Shown here: one piece after another, positions 1-8,764 of the stretch | Layout of the letters: every line of letters begins with the position of its first letter | Numbering within the stretch: position 1 is the stretch's first letter | Program-made: the position numbers and the translations under genes | The notes under the pieces: model-generated | The model's input: the letters and a program-made list of their open reading frames with translations, nothing else | What the model was told of the DNA's origin: nothing | The model's database searches: none | Assembly (NCBI GenBank): GCA_964244885.1 | Contig: CAXTKD010000002.1 | Span: 40,104 to 104,103 of the forward strand | Reading direction: 5' to 3' | Source of the DNA: an uncultured Sphingomonadaceae bacterium | Lineage (GTDB): Bacteria > Pseudomonadota > Alphaproteobacteria > Sphingomonadales > Sphingomonadaceae | Length of the DNA: 64,000 nt

Positions 1-369
1 CATCTTGGGGTCGCCGCCCGGCTGCATCGCGACGTAATTGCCGCCGAGGATGCCCTCGGAGGTGATCGCCGCAGCGGTGTCGACCGGCAGCTTGACGCTG
101 TCGTCGAGCGACAGCTTCAGCACCGCCTGGTAGGTCTTGGGGTCGATCGCCGCCGATGCCACGGTGCCGACCTTCATGCCCGACAGCCGCACGTCGGTTC
201 CCGGCGACACGCCGCTGGCGTTCGGAAAGCGGGCGCTTACCGTATAGCCGCCGCCGCTGTCGGCGCCGCTCGTCCGGTGATAGGCGAAGATGACGAACCA
301 GGTCGCCACCAGCAGCACCAGCAGGCCGATCACCGCCTCGACGATATTGTCTCTGAACAGCGCGCGCAT
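1..369 (-). CDS. mlaD: MlaD-family (MCE domain) protein, N-terminal part. The 3' end lies beyond the window edge.
   Basis: My own minus-strand translation from the ATG at 369 reads MRALFRDNIVEAVIGLLVLLVATWFVIFAYH...ARFPNASGVSPGTDVRLSGMKVGTV...ITSEGILGGNYVAMQPGG. This is a TM anchor followed by an MCE-like core. It is absent from the ORF track because it runs off the window. Confidence 0.75.
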   Translation of the reverse strand, partial: MRALFRDNIVEAVIGLLVLLVATWFVIFAYHRTSGADSGGGYTVSARFPNASGVSPGTDVRLSGMKVGTVASAAIDPKTYQAVLKLSLDDSVKLPVDTAAAITSEGILGGNYVAMQPGGDPKM

Positions 370-370
370 G

Positions 371-748
371 TTACTCCGGGGTCCAGGCTTCGTAGTCGCC
401 GGTGGCGCGGGCGCGGCGCCCGCCCATCCTGAGGTCGCCCGACGGCGCGTAGGCTTCCGCGCTGCCGGTCGGGTTCGGCCGCCATTCGCGCTCCCAGCTC
501 CGAACCGGGATCGGGATTTCGCTCGGCAGCAGGTCGGTCGTCTTGTGAAGCCACAAATGCCACTCGGGCGGCACGCGGCTCGCCTCGTTGTCGCCGTTGT
601 AGATCACCCAGCGGCGAACCGCGCCGTCGTCGGCGTAATAGACGTTGCCCTGGGCGTCGCGGCCGACCTCGTCGCCGCCGCGCGTGAACCAGCGCGTGCC
701 CCACGTCGGCCCGTCCCACCAGGTGATGATCGATTTGAGCATGCCCAT
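371..748 (-). CDS. NADH:ubiquinone oxidoreductase subunit NDUFA12-family protein
   Basis: The 125-aa ORF reads MGMLKSIITWWDGPTWGTRWFT...NVYYADDGAVRRWVIYNGDNEASRVPPEWHLWLH, which is the typical alphaproteobacterial NDUFA12-like signature. Confidence 0.85.
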   Translation of the reverse strand: MGMLKSIITWWDGPTWGTRWFTRGGDEVGRDAQGNVYYADDGAVRRWVIYNGDNEASRVPPEWHLWLHKTTDLLPSEIPIPVRSWEREWRPNPTGSAEAYAPSGDLRMGGRRARATGDYEAWTPE

Positions 749-825
749 GTGTCGCGCTTAGAGCCGCAATCGGCGAAGCGATCAAGTGCGCGGGCGTTCG
801 TTCAACCTTCCATTCCCCAAAAGTT

Positions 826-925
826 GTCATTCCCGCGAAAGCGGGAACCCAGTCGGTGAAAGAAGAGAACCGTCGCCGCAGAACCAGTCTTGCGGCCGCT
901 GGGTTCCCGCTTTCGCGGGAATGAC
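826..925. repeat. Family A palindromic intergenic repeat, 100 bp with 27-nt terminal inverted arms
   Basis: GTCATTCCCGCGAAAGCGGGAACCCAG at 826-852 is the exact reverse complement of 899-925. Each arm also contains its own TCCCGC-GAAA-GCGGGA mini-hairpin. Related copies are at 26749-26862 and 61075-61140. Confidence 0.85.
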
Positions 926-1014
926 AGCAATGGAGAGAAGAGGCGTTTCCCGCTCAACTCTGCGAGCTTTACCCTCCCGCTCAAACGCCTAGTCTCCGGC
1001 CGGGGAGATATCGC

Positions 1015-2250
1015 ATGGCCACCGCCTTCGAGCTCGACGCGCCGATCGCCGACGTCACCAACGCCGCCTTGTGGGCGGGCGACACCATCGAGCCGCTGTT
1101 CGCCCGGATGCGCGCCGAGGACCCGGTGCACTTCACCGCCGAAAGCCCGTTCGGCGCCTATTGGTCGGTCAGCCGGCACAGGGACATCGTCCACGTCGAA
1201 TCGCTGCCCGATATCTATTCCTCGTCGTGGGAGCACGGCGGCATCACCGTGCTCGGCGATGGCCCGACGCTCAATCCCGGCCACGACCCGATGCCGATGT
1301 TCATCGCGATGGACCGGCCGCAGCACACCGCCCAGCGCCGCACCGTCTCGCCGGCCTTCATGCCGTCGGAGATGGCGCGCCTGTCCCGGGACATTCGCGC
1401 CCGCACCGGCGCGCTCCTCGACTCGCTTCCCGTCGGCGAGACCTTCGACTGGGTCGAGCGCGTGTCGATCGAGCTCACCACCGGCATGCTCGCCATCCTG
1501 TTCGACTTCCCGTGGGAAGACCGGATGAAGCTGCCCTATTGGTCGGACTGGATGGGCGACATCGAGGCCGCGCTGAACCCCGATCTCGCCGAGAAGCGCA
1601 TGCAGGTGATCTGGGAGTGCGGCCATTATTTCCAGCGCCTCTGGCAGCAGCGCCAGAATGCCGGGCCGCGCCCCGACCTCATCTCGATGATGATCCATTC
1701 GGACGCGACCAAGGACATGACCCCGCAGGAATATCTCGGAAACCTCATCCTGCTGATCGTCGGCGGCAACGACACGACGCGCAACACCATGACCGGCCTG
1801 GCGATGGTCGCGAGCCGATGGCCCGGCGAATGGGCGAAGATCGCCGCCGACCGCTCGATCATCCCGAACGCGGCGCAGGAACTGATCCGCTGGCAGACCC
1901 CGCTCGCCCACATGCGCCGCACCGCGCTCGCCGACACCGAGCTTGGCGGCAAGGCGATCGCCAGGGGCGACAAGGTCGTGATGTGGTATCTCTCGGGCAA
2001 CCGCGACGAGGAGGTCTTTCCCGATGCGGGCCGCTTCATCGCCGACCGCCCCAACGCCCGCCGCCACCTGGCCTTCGGCTACGGCATCCACCGCTGCGTC
2101 GGCGCCCGCCTCGCCGAGCTCCAGCTCGGCATCCTGTTCGAGGAGCTGCTCGACCGCGGCCTCACCCCGCACGCCGTCGGCGCGCCCGAGCGGGTGGCCT
2201 CCTCCTTCGTCCACGGCTACCGCAGCCTGCCTGCGCAGTTGCGCCGTTGA
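1015..2250 (+). CDS. Cytochrome P450 (CYP153-like by N-terminal and I-helix appearance)
   Basis: 411 aa with the heme-binding loop FGYGIHRCVGARLA, the I-helix LLIVGGNDTTRN and the EXXR motif ELIRW. Confidence 0.95.
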   Translation: MATAFELDAPIADVTNAALWAGDTIEPLFARMRAEDPVHFTAESPFGAYWSVSRHRDIVHVESLPDIYSSSWEHGGITVLGDGPTLNPGHDPMPMFIAMDRPQHTAQRRTVSPAFMPSEMARLSRDIRARTGALLDSLPVGETFDWVERVSIELTTGMLAILFDFPWEDRMKLPYWSDWMGDIEAALNPDLAEKRMQVIWECGHYFQRLWQQRQNAGPRPDLISMMIHSDATKDMTPQEYLGNLILLIVGGNDTTRNTMTGLAMVASRWPGEWAKIAADRSIIPNAAQELIRWQTPLAHMRRTALADTELGGKAIARGDKVVMWYLSGNRDEEVFPDAGRFIADRPNARRHLAFGYGIHRCVGARLAELQLGILFEELLDRGLTPHAVGAPERVASSFVHGYRSLPAQLRR

Positions 2251-3125
2251 AGCGCCTCGCCCTCGCCGCCGCGCTGCTGCTCCATGCCGCGCCCGCCCTC
2301 GCGTGGGCCAACCAGGGCCATATGGCGACCGGCGCCGTCGCCTACGACACGCTGGTCCGCGCCGATCCCGCCGCCGCCGCCGCCGTCGTCGCGCTGATGG
2401 CGGCGCACCCCGACCGCGCCCGCTTCGAACGCAACCTCGCCGGCGTCACTGGCCCGGCGCGCGACCGCCTGATGTTCGAATATATGGCGCGCTGGCCCGA
2501 CGATATCCGCGAGACGCCGTGGGACCGTCCCAAATGGCATTACGCCTTGCGGATCGTCAGCGGCGCGACCGCCATCCCGCTGATTTTCGGGCAAGCCGCC
2601 GAAGCCTTCGACCGCAATCTCGCTATAGCGCGCGACGCCAACGCCAAGCCGGCCGACCGCGCCGTCGCGCTTTGCTGGGTCTTCCACATCACCGGCGACA
2701 TGCACGAGCCCATCCACGCCGGCCACCGCCTGTCGTGGCGCTTCTTCTTCACCGACCGCAGCGGCACGATTGCCTGGGTCCGCCGCTTCGCCGCCGACCA
2801 GCCGATGGGCCTCCATCGCTTCTGGGACACCAGCCCGCAGACGCAAAACGCCGAGCTTGGCGGCGCCGCCGACATCGCCCGTCGCGCCGAAGCGCGCGTC
2901 CCCCTCCGCCCCGACCGCGCGACCGCCTTCCCCGCCTGGGTCGACGAAAGCCGCGCGCTCGCCGCCAGATACGTCTATCAGGACGGCGCGCTTGGCGCCG
3001 CCCGCGAGCCGGAGCACGCCAGCCTGCTCTCGCCCGGCTACCGCACCGAAGCCCGCGCCATCGCCGAACGCCGCATCGGCCAGGCCGGCGTCCGTCTCGC
3101 CGGCCTGCTGGAGCCCCCGCGCTGA
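2247..3125 (+). CDS. Secreted S1/P1 nuclease-family (zinc phospholipase C/P1 nuclease superfamily) protein
   Basis: The signal peptide LKRLALAAALLLHAAPALA is followed by WANQGHMATG and HITGDMHEPIH metal-ligand motifs. The proposed TTG start at 2247 overlaps the P450 stop (TTGA). The longer 684-aa ORF in the track is an upstream alternate-frame extension. Confidence 0.75.
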   Translation: MKRLALAAALLLHAAPALAWANQGHMATGAVAYDTLVRADPAAAAAVVALMAAHPDRARFERNLAGVTGPARDRLMFEYMARWPDDIRETPWDRPKWHYALRIVSGATAIPLIFGQAAEAFDRNLAIARDANAKPADRAVALCWVFHITGDMHEPIHAGHRLSWRFFFTDRSGTIAWVRRFAADQPMGLHRFWDTSPQTQNAELGGAADIARRAEARVPLRPDRATAFPAWVDESRALAARYVYQDGALGAAREPEHASLLSPGYRTEARAIAERRIGQAGVRLAGLLEPPR

Positions 3126-3787
3126 CCGGCCACCCGCTCGACCGCGCGATCTGGCAGTCGCTGACCAGCCGCCAGTCGCACCTGGCGCGCGGCGCGGGCA
3201 ACGCGCTCCGCTTCGATCCCGACTACGCCTGCTTCGCCGCGACCGCCGACGGCACATCCGACGGTCTGGCGGCGCTTGTCCCGCCCGACGGCGAGCTGTT
3301 TCTGATCGAGCCGGACGCCGTCGCCGCGCCGCCCGGCGCGAACGCGCGCTATCGCGACATCTTGCAAATGGTCGCCGAAACGCCCGCCGCTCCGCTCCCC
3401 GGCTTTTCCTTCGTGGAGCTGACCGAGGCCGACGCGCCCGCCATGCTCGCGCTGGCGACCCTGACCGAGCCCGGCCCCTTTTTCCGCCACACCAATCGCC
3501 TCGGCGACTTCATCGGCGTCAAGCAGGGCGTTGCGCTGGTCGCGATGGCCGGCGAACGCCTGCGCCCGCCCGGCTATACCGAGGTCAGCGGCGTCTGCAC
3601 CCACCCGGCCCACCGCGGCCAGGGCCACGCCGGCGCGCTGATGCGCGAGGTCGCGGCGCGCATCGCGGGGCGCGACGACACGCCCTTCCTCACCGTCTAT
3701 CGCGAGAACGCCGGCGCGATCGCGCTCTACGAAACGCTCGGCTTCCGGATCCGCCGCGCCCTGACGCTGACCGCGCTCCGGCGCTGA
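3122..3787 (+). CDS. GNAT-family N-acetyltransferase (FR47-like C-terminal domain)
   Basis: The product reads HPLDRAIWQSLTSRQSHLARG...VSGVCTHPAHRGQGHAGALMREVAARI...LYETLGFR, containing the acetyl-CoA binding R-G-x-G-x-A motif. The start is uncertain: the only in-frame candidate near the conserved N-terminus is CTG at 3122, which overlaps the nuclease stop. Confidence 0.65.
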   Translation: MTGHPLDRAIWQSLTSRQSHLARGAGNALRFDPDYACFAATADGTSDGLAALVPPDGELFLIEPDAVAAPPGANARYRDILQMVAETPAAPLPGFSFVELTEADAPAMLALATLTEPGPFFRHTNRLGDFIGVKQGVALVAMAGERLRPPGYTEVSGVCTHPAHRGQGHAGALMREVAARIAGRDDTPFLTVYRENAGAIALYETLGFRIRRALTLTALRR

Positions 3788-3821
3788 CGCAACCTTCCAG
3801 CCTCCCGCGCCTTTCACCGCC

Positions 3822-4400
3822 ATGAGCAAACGCAGCAAGCCCGAGAAGGCCGATCTCGCCGTCGCCAAGGCCGCCGCGCCGATGCGCGGCCACCCGGTCA
3901 CCAGGGCGCTCGGCGCGCTGAGCGAGCTCGCCGACCAGCCGCCGCTGATCGCGATCTGCGCCGCGACGCTCGCCGCCGGCCTCGTCCGCCGCGACGCGAC
4001 GCTCGCTCGCGCCGGCGCGCGCATGCTGGGGGCCGAGCTGCTCGCCACCGTGCTCAAGAGCGCGGTCAAGCACCGCGTCGATCGCACCCGTCCGCGCGTC
4101 GTCGCCGGCGGCGGCGCCTACAAGCTCGAAAAGGGCCACAGCCACGCCAGCGCGGTCAACAGCTTCCCCTCGGGCCACACCGCCGGCGCGGTCGCCGTGG
4201 CGCGCGCCCTCGCCCGCGAATATCCCTCGGCCGAAGCGCCCGCCAACGCCGCCGCCGCGGCCGTCGCTCTCATCCAGATCCCGCGCTGCCAGCACTATCC
4301 GACCGACCTCGCGGCCGGGGCGCTCGTCGGCTTGGCCGCGGAGGCGGCGGTGAACGCGCTATTCACGCGCACGGAAGCCCTGCTTCAGCCGGCGCCCTAA
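3822..4400 (+). CDS. PAP2-superfamily phosphatase
   Basis: All three PAP2 motifs are present: KSAVKHRVDRTRP, PSGH and RCQHYPTD. Confidence 0.85.
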   Translation: MSKRSKPEKADLAVAKAAAPMRGHPVTRALGALSELADQPPLIAICAATLAAGLVRRDATLARAGARMLGAELLATVLKSAVKHRVDRTRPRVVAGGGAYKLEKGHSHASAVNSFPSGHTAGAVAVARALAREYPSAEAPANAAAAAVALIQIPRCQHYPTDLAAGALVGLAAEAAVNALFTRTEALLQPAP

Positions 4401-4432
4401 GGGGTCCACCGGCCCGTCTCCCGCGCCCGCCG

Positions 4433-4720
4433 TCAGAGGATGCCGACAGCCCCTTGCACCCAGGCGAGGGCGACGGCGGCAATGAGTCCAGCGCCGATCA
4501 AAAGCCTGTGCGCCTGGAGCCGCCGGCTGCGCGCCACGGCCTCGAAGATGGCTCCGGCCCCGACCAGAAGCGCCGCGGCGGCGGCGAAATCGGCTGCGTC
4601 CCACGCCACTTCGTCGGTAAGCTGCATCGCCACAAGCGGCAGCAGGAGGAGTGTTGCGATCGCGCCCCACATCACGAGCCGCCAAGTGCCGCCGTGCCTC
4701 GCCCCTGTCCTCACGGCCAA
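4433..4720 (-). CDS. Small hypothetical membrane protein
   Basis: The 95-aa ORF has three hydrophobic segments and no recognisable family. The real start may be the internal Met (VMWGAIATLLLL). Confidence 0.4.
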   Translation of the reverse strand: MAVRTGARHGGTWRLVMWGAIATLLLLPLVAMQLTDEVAWDAADFAAAAALLVGAGAIFEAVARSRRLQAHRLLIGAGLIAAVALAWVQGAVGIL

Positions 4721-4727
4721 TCCTCGC

Positions 4728-5201
4728 TCAAAGCCTGTAGCTGACCCTGTCCCCCGCCTTCAGCCCGATCCGCTTCGCCTCGCCGGCGTTCAGTTCCAGC
4801 ACCGCCGACACCGAGCCGAGCGAGTTGAGCGTCGCCTGCGACAGCGGCTGGCCGTGCGCGATGTTGGTCACCACGCCGTCGGGCGCGATGAAGATGAGGT
4901 CGAGCGGCAGGTAGGTGTTCTCCATCCAGAACGACGCCGGGCGGGGCGGGTCCATCGGGAAGATCATGCCGTGGTTTCGCGCCATCTTGCGGCGGTACAT
5001 CAGCCCGCGCTGCTGCTGCTCGCCGGTCTTCGCGACCTCGACCGTGTAGACGTGCGCGCGGCCGTTCGCGGTCGCCGTGAGCTTGATCGCCGGCAGGATG
5101 ACGACCGCCGGCTCGTTCGCGGCGGGGGCCTTCGCCGGCGACGGCGCGGCAAGCCCGAACGCCAGGGCGAGCGCGGCGAGCCGCGCCAGCGCGGGCGTCA
5201 T
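4728..5201 (-). CDS. DUF192 domain protein (secreted)
   Basis: Signal peptide [20 protein letters not shown], then the DUF192-like core [24 protein letters not shown]...[14 protein letters not shown]. The ATG at 5201 overlaps the upstream csp stop by 4 nt. The 318-aa ORF in the track is an alternate-frame extension. Confidence 0.8.
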   Translation of the reverse strand: MTPALARLAALALAFGLAAPSPAKAPAANEPAVVILPAIKLTATANGRAHVYTVEVAKTGEQQQRGLMYRRKMARNHGMIFPMDPPRPASFWMENTYLPLDLIFIAPDGVVTNIAHGQPLSQATLNSLGSVSAVLELNAGEAKRIGLKAGDRVSYRL

Positions 5202-5776
5202 TCGCCGCCGAGCTCCAGCGTAACCGCCAGCGGGCCCTTCTGGCCCGGCGCGATTCGGGCGCGCAGCGGCTGGCCGGGCATCAGCTCGGGGAGGCCGGCG
5301 CGGCGAACCGTCTCCATATGGACGAACACGTCGGCGCTGTCGGAGCCGCGCGACACGAAGCCGTAGCCCTTGAGGCGGTTGAACCACTTCACCGTCACCG
5401 GCTCGAAGGGCCCGGCGGTGTCGAGCAGGTCCATCGGGTCGACGCGGCTGGCGGCGCGCTGCATCGCGGCCTCCGGATCGGGGCCGACCGAGGTGCTGAG
5501 ATCGAGATCGAGGATGCGGAGCGCCTGGCGCCCGCGCTCGCGCTGCACGGCGAGGCAGGCGACCGTCGCACCTTCGGGCAGAGTCCGCCGCCCGACTTCG
5601 CGAAGCACCGTGAAGTGCACCAGCACATCGGGGCTGCCGTCGTCGGGGACGACGAAGCCATAGCCGCGCACCGCATCGAACCATTTGACGAGGCCGACGA
5701 TGCGCGCGCCCTCTTCGGGCTCCGCCGCTTCGTTCAACTCGCCTACACCCCTGTTAAGCAACGCCTGCTCGGTCAT
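5198..5776 (-). CDS. Cold-shock domain protein with two CSD repeats
   Basis: Two CSD cores are present: [27 protein letters not shown] and [27 protein letters not shown]. The start ATG is at 5776 (MTEQALL). Confidence 0.9.
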   Translation of the reverse strand: MTEQALLNRGVGELNEAAEPEEGARIVGLVKWFDAVRGYGFVVPDDGSPDVLVHFTVLREVGRRTLPEGATVACLAVQRERGRQALRILDLDLSTSVGPDPEAAMQRAASRVDPMDLLDTAGPFEPVTVKWFNRLKGYGFVSRGSDSADVFVHMETVRRAGLPELMPGQPLRARIAPGQKGPLAVTLELGGE

Positions 5777-5900
5777 CACCGCCGCAACCCTGTTTTCTTG
5801 CCCCAAGATGAACGGTAGCACAGTTGGACGTTTTGGCGAACCCCCTCTCGCTTGCGCGGGCGGGGCATTTGAGCGCAACTGGCGACGAAAGGCCAAGCAT

Positions 5901-6548
5901 ATGGAATTGAAGGGCGAAACGCTGATCGCCGCGCCCCGGCAGGCGGTCTGGCAGGCGCTGAACGATCCGGCGGTGCTGGCGCGCTGCATCGACGGGGTCG
6001 AATCGCTGACCAAGGCGGGCGACGATCGCTTCGACGGCGTCCTGAACGCCCGCGTCGGCCCGGTGCGCGCGCGGTTCACGGGCGCGGTGACGCTCTCCGA
6101 CCTCGACCCTCCGAACGGCTACACCATCTCGGGCGAGGGCAAGGGCGGCGTCGCGGGTTTCGCGCGGGGCAGCGCAAAGGTCCGGCTGGCCGACGAGGAC
6201 GGCGGCACCCGCCTGTCGTACGACGTCAGTTCGAACGTCGGCGGCAAGCTTGCGCAGCTCGGCAGCCGGCTGATCGAGGGCGCGGCGCGCGGCTATGCCG
6301 ACAGCTTCTTCGCCAGGCTCAAGGCGGAACTGGAGCAGCCCGCCGCCGCGGCCTCGCCGCCCGAGCCCGAACCCATCCTCAATCCCGCGAACGACGCCGC
6401 CAACAACGCCGCCGAGCTCGCCGCCGCGCGCCTCCGCAAGGGCCCGCAGTCGGACTATGCCGTGCCGGAAAAGCTCGGCCTCGGCCGCACCGGCTGGCTT
6501 GCGCTGGTCCTTGTGATCGTCGCGCTCGCCGTCTGGCTGACGATGTGA
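5901..6548 (+). CDS. coxG: CoxG-like SRPBCC protein with a C-terminal membrane anchor
   Basis: [36 protein letters not shown]...[26 protein letters not shown] is typical CoxG. The ATG is at 5901; upstream residues in the track ORF are rejected. Confidence 0.85.
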   Translation: MELKGETLIAAPRQAVWQALNDPAVLARCIDGVESLTKAGDDRFDGVLNARVGPVRARFTGAVTLSDLDPPNGYTISGEGKGGVAGFARGSAKVRLADEDGGTRLSYDVSSNVGGKLAQLGSRLIEGAARGYADSFFARLKAELEQPAAAASPPEPEPILNPANDAANNAAELAAARLRKGPQSDYAVPEKLGLGRTGWLALVLVIVALAVWLTM

Positions 6549-7468
6549 GCGACGATCTCGATCGCGGGCTGGCGGCGGCCCGGCGCTGGCGGGCCGAGGG
6601 TCACGGCGTCGCGGTCGCCACCGTCATCGAGACCTGGGGCTCCGCTCCCCGGCGCCCCGGCAGCCACCTGTTCGTCCGCGACGACGGCCTGTTCGAGGGC
6701 TCGGTCAGCGGCGGCTGCGTCGAGGGCGATGTCATCGCCAACGCCGCCGAGGTGATCGCGGACAAGGGGTTCGTCTGCCTCGACTATGGCGTCGCCGACG
6801 GCAAGGCGTGGGATGTCGGGCTTCCCTGCGGCGGCAAGATCGCAGTCCTCGTCCAGGCGCTCGACGACGCCGCTTTCCCGCCGGCGCTGCTCGATTCGAT
6901 CGCGGAGGCGCGTGAGCAGGGCCGGGCCCTGACGCTCTCCACCGATCTCGCGACCGGCCGCACGGACGAAGGCGAGGCCGAGGGCGCCTATATCAACCGC
7001 TACCAGCCGCCGCTCCGCATGGTAATCGTCGGCGCGGTCCACATCACGCAGGCGCTGGTCCCGATGGCACGGCTCGTCGGGTTCGACGTCTCGGTCATCG
7101 ACCCGCGCCCCGGCTTCGCCGCCGCCGCGCGCTTCGACCTCCCCGTCGACGACCGCTTCCCCGACGAGGCGATGGACGCCGCGCCGTTCACCGCCGCGAC
7201 CGCCGTCGTCACGCTGAGCCACGATCCCAAGCTCGACGACCCGGCGCTGATCGCCGCGCTCCGCTCCCCGGCCTATTACATCGCCGCGCTCGGCTCGCGC
7301 CGCAGCCACGCGGCGCGCCTCGATCGCCTTCGCGAGGCGGGCTTTGGCGAGGGCGATCTCCAGCGCATCCACGGCCCCGCCGGCCTTTCCATCGGCGCCG
7401 CCACCCCTGCCGAGATCGCCGTCTCGGTCCTCGCGCAAGCCATCGCGATCTGGCGCGGCAAGCCTTGA
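6545..7468 (+). CDS. XdhC/CoxI-family molybdoenzyme maturation protein
   Basis: N-terminal XdhC_CoxI motif ATVIETWGSAPRRPGSHLFVRDDGLFEGSVSGGCVE and a C-terminal Rossmann-like part MVIVGAVHITQAL. The GTG start overlaps the coxG stop (GTGA). Confidence 0.9.
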   Translation: MSDDLDRGLAAARRWRAEGHGVAVATVIETWGSAPRRPGSHLFVRDDGLFEGSVSGGCVEGDVIANAAEVIADKGFVCLDYGVADGKAWDVGLPCGGKIAVLVQALDDAAFPPALLDSIAEAREQGRALTLSTDLATGRTDEGEAEGAYINRYQPPLRMVIVGAVHITQALVPMARLVGFDVSVIDPRPGFAAAARFDLPVDDRFPDEAMDAAPFTAATAVVTLSHDPKLDDPALIAALRSPAYYIAALGSRRSHAARLDRLREAGFGEGDLQRIHGPAGLSIGAATPAEIAVSVLAQAIAIWRGKP

Positions 7469-8076
7469 TCGTCGGCTGCCTCATCCTCGCCGCCGGTCGC
7501 TCGACCCGCATGGGCGGCCCCAACAAGCTCCTCGCCGACCTGGGCGGCAAGCCGGTGGTGACCCACGTCACCGACGCCATCGCGGCCGCGGGCCTTCCCG
7601 CGCTTCTCGTCACCGGCAACATGGCGGTGGAGGTCGCCGCCGCCGCGCCGAACTTCCCGACCGTCCACGCCCCCGACTACGCCGAAGGCCTCAGCCGCTC
7701 GCTGCGCGCCGGCGTCGCCGCCGTTCCGGCGGACTGGGAGGCGGTGATCGTTTGTCTCGGTGATATGCCGGGCATCACGCCCGCGCTGCTCGAGGCTCTC
7801 GCCACCCGCGCCACCCCGTCCGCGATCGTCGTGCCGACTTGGGGCGGCGGGCGCGGCAACCCGGTGCTCTGGGGCCGCAACCATTTCCCCCGCCTGATGA
7901 CCCTCCAGGGCGACGCCGGCGGCAAGCCGCTGCTGGCGGCGCTGGCCGACCGGGTGGTCGAAGTCGTGGCCGACGACGCTGCAGTCCTCACCGACGTCGA
8001 TACGCCAGCGGCTCTCGAAGAGGCACGCTCTCGCTTCAAACCCTCTCCCTGGAGGGGAGAGGGCGACTCGCGATAG
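7465..8076 (+). CDS. MobA/MocA-like nucleotidyltransferase (molybdenum cofactor cytidylyl/guanylyl-transferase family)
   Basis: LILAAGRSTRMGGPNKLL is the NTP-transferase P-loop-like motif, followed by CLGDMP. The TTG start overlaps the xdhC stop. The last ~12 codons are encoded by the repeat at 8041-8168. Confidence 0.85.
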   Translation: MIVGCLILAAGRSTRMGGPNKLLADLGGKPVVTHVTDAIAAAGLPALLVTGNMAVEVAAAAPNFPTVHAPDYAEGLSRSLRAGVAAVPADWEAVIVCLGDMPGITPALLEALATRATPSAIVVPTWGGGRGNPVLWGRNHFPRLMTLQGDAGGKPLLAALADRVVEVVADDAAVLTDVDTPAALEEARSRFKPSPWRGEGDSR

Positions 8077-8168
8077 CGAGCGGGGAGAGGGTGGTCGCAG
8101 GACAAAGCTTGGAGCCTCTTCCTGCGACCACCCTCTCCCCAAGCCTCTCCCCTCCAGGGAGAGGGGAG
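8041..8168. repeat. Composite triple-hairpin repeat between convergent genes
   Basis: Three successive hairpins are present: CCCTCTCCCTGGAGGGGAGAGGG, then GGGAGAGGGTGGTCGCAGG...CCTGCGACCACCCTCTCCC, then CTCTCCCCTCCAGGGAGAGGGGAG. The G/C-run style matches Family B (10621 and 41642). Confidence 0.7.
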
Positions 8169-8169
8169 C

Positions 8170-8700
8170 TCACTCCTCCAGCTCCGCCTCGCTCGCGGCC
8201 CCAAGCACCCGCCGCGCCAGCGCGAAATCGTGCCCCGCCCGCAGCATCGCCGCCAGCTGCTTCTGCCTGACATCCCGGTCCTCCACCGCCGCCCCGAACG
8301 GCCCCACCCGCTTCCGGCGCGCATAGGCGACCGCCGCCTTTACCGCGTCCACACCCTCGCCGATCTCCTGCCGCAGCTCGGGCTCGACCCCCGCCGCGGT
8401 CAGTGCCTGCCCAACCCTGCGCGCCCCGAACCCGCGCGACGCCAGCCCGCGCGCCTTGGCCTCGCCGTACACCCGGTCGTCGACATAGCCGAGCTCGACC
8501 AGCCGGTCGGCGACCGCGTCGACCGGCGCCTCGCCTTCCCCTGCCCAGCCGCGCTCGCGGACTTTTCCCTTGAGATAGGTGGCGAGCTTCGCCCGCGTCG
8601 TCGCGAACCGTTCAACGTAGCGCAAGGCGAACCAGCGTAGCGACTCGGCGTCCAGAGGCTTCTTCGGCTTCTGCCGCCGCTCTTGGGATGGAAATGACAC
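8170..8700 (-). CDS. recX: Recombination regulator RecX
   Basis: The product reads LRWFALRYVERFATTRAKLATYLKGKVRERGW...VADRLVELGYVDDRVYGEAKARGLASRGFGARRVGQAL, showing RecX helical repeats. A GTG start at 8700 is preferred because the 8793 start of the track ORF would overlap the divergent ligase gene. Confidence 0.8.
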   Translation of the reverse strand: MSFPSQERRQKPKKPLDAESLRWFALRYVERFATTRAKLATYLKGKVRERGWAGEGEAPVDAVADRLVELGYVDDRVYGEAKARGLASRGFGARRVGQALTAAGVEPELRQEIGEGVDAVKAAVAYARRKRVGPFGAAVEDRDVRQKQLAAMLRAGHDFALARRVLGAASEAELEE

Positions 8701-8764
8701 GCCACGTTCTTGCCATGATCGAGTCGGATTTTGAACGCCTCGCGCGGGCAAAGCGGACGCGCAT

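Noticed and set aside
802-2214. 470-aa minus-strand ORF covering the P450 region
   Set aside because: It is antisense to a gene with unmistakable P450 motifs. Its product is Arg/Gly/Ala/Asp-rich low-complexity sequence with no recognisable domain. This is the typical open-frame artefact of very GC-rich DNA.
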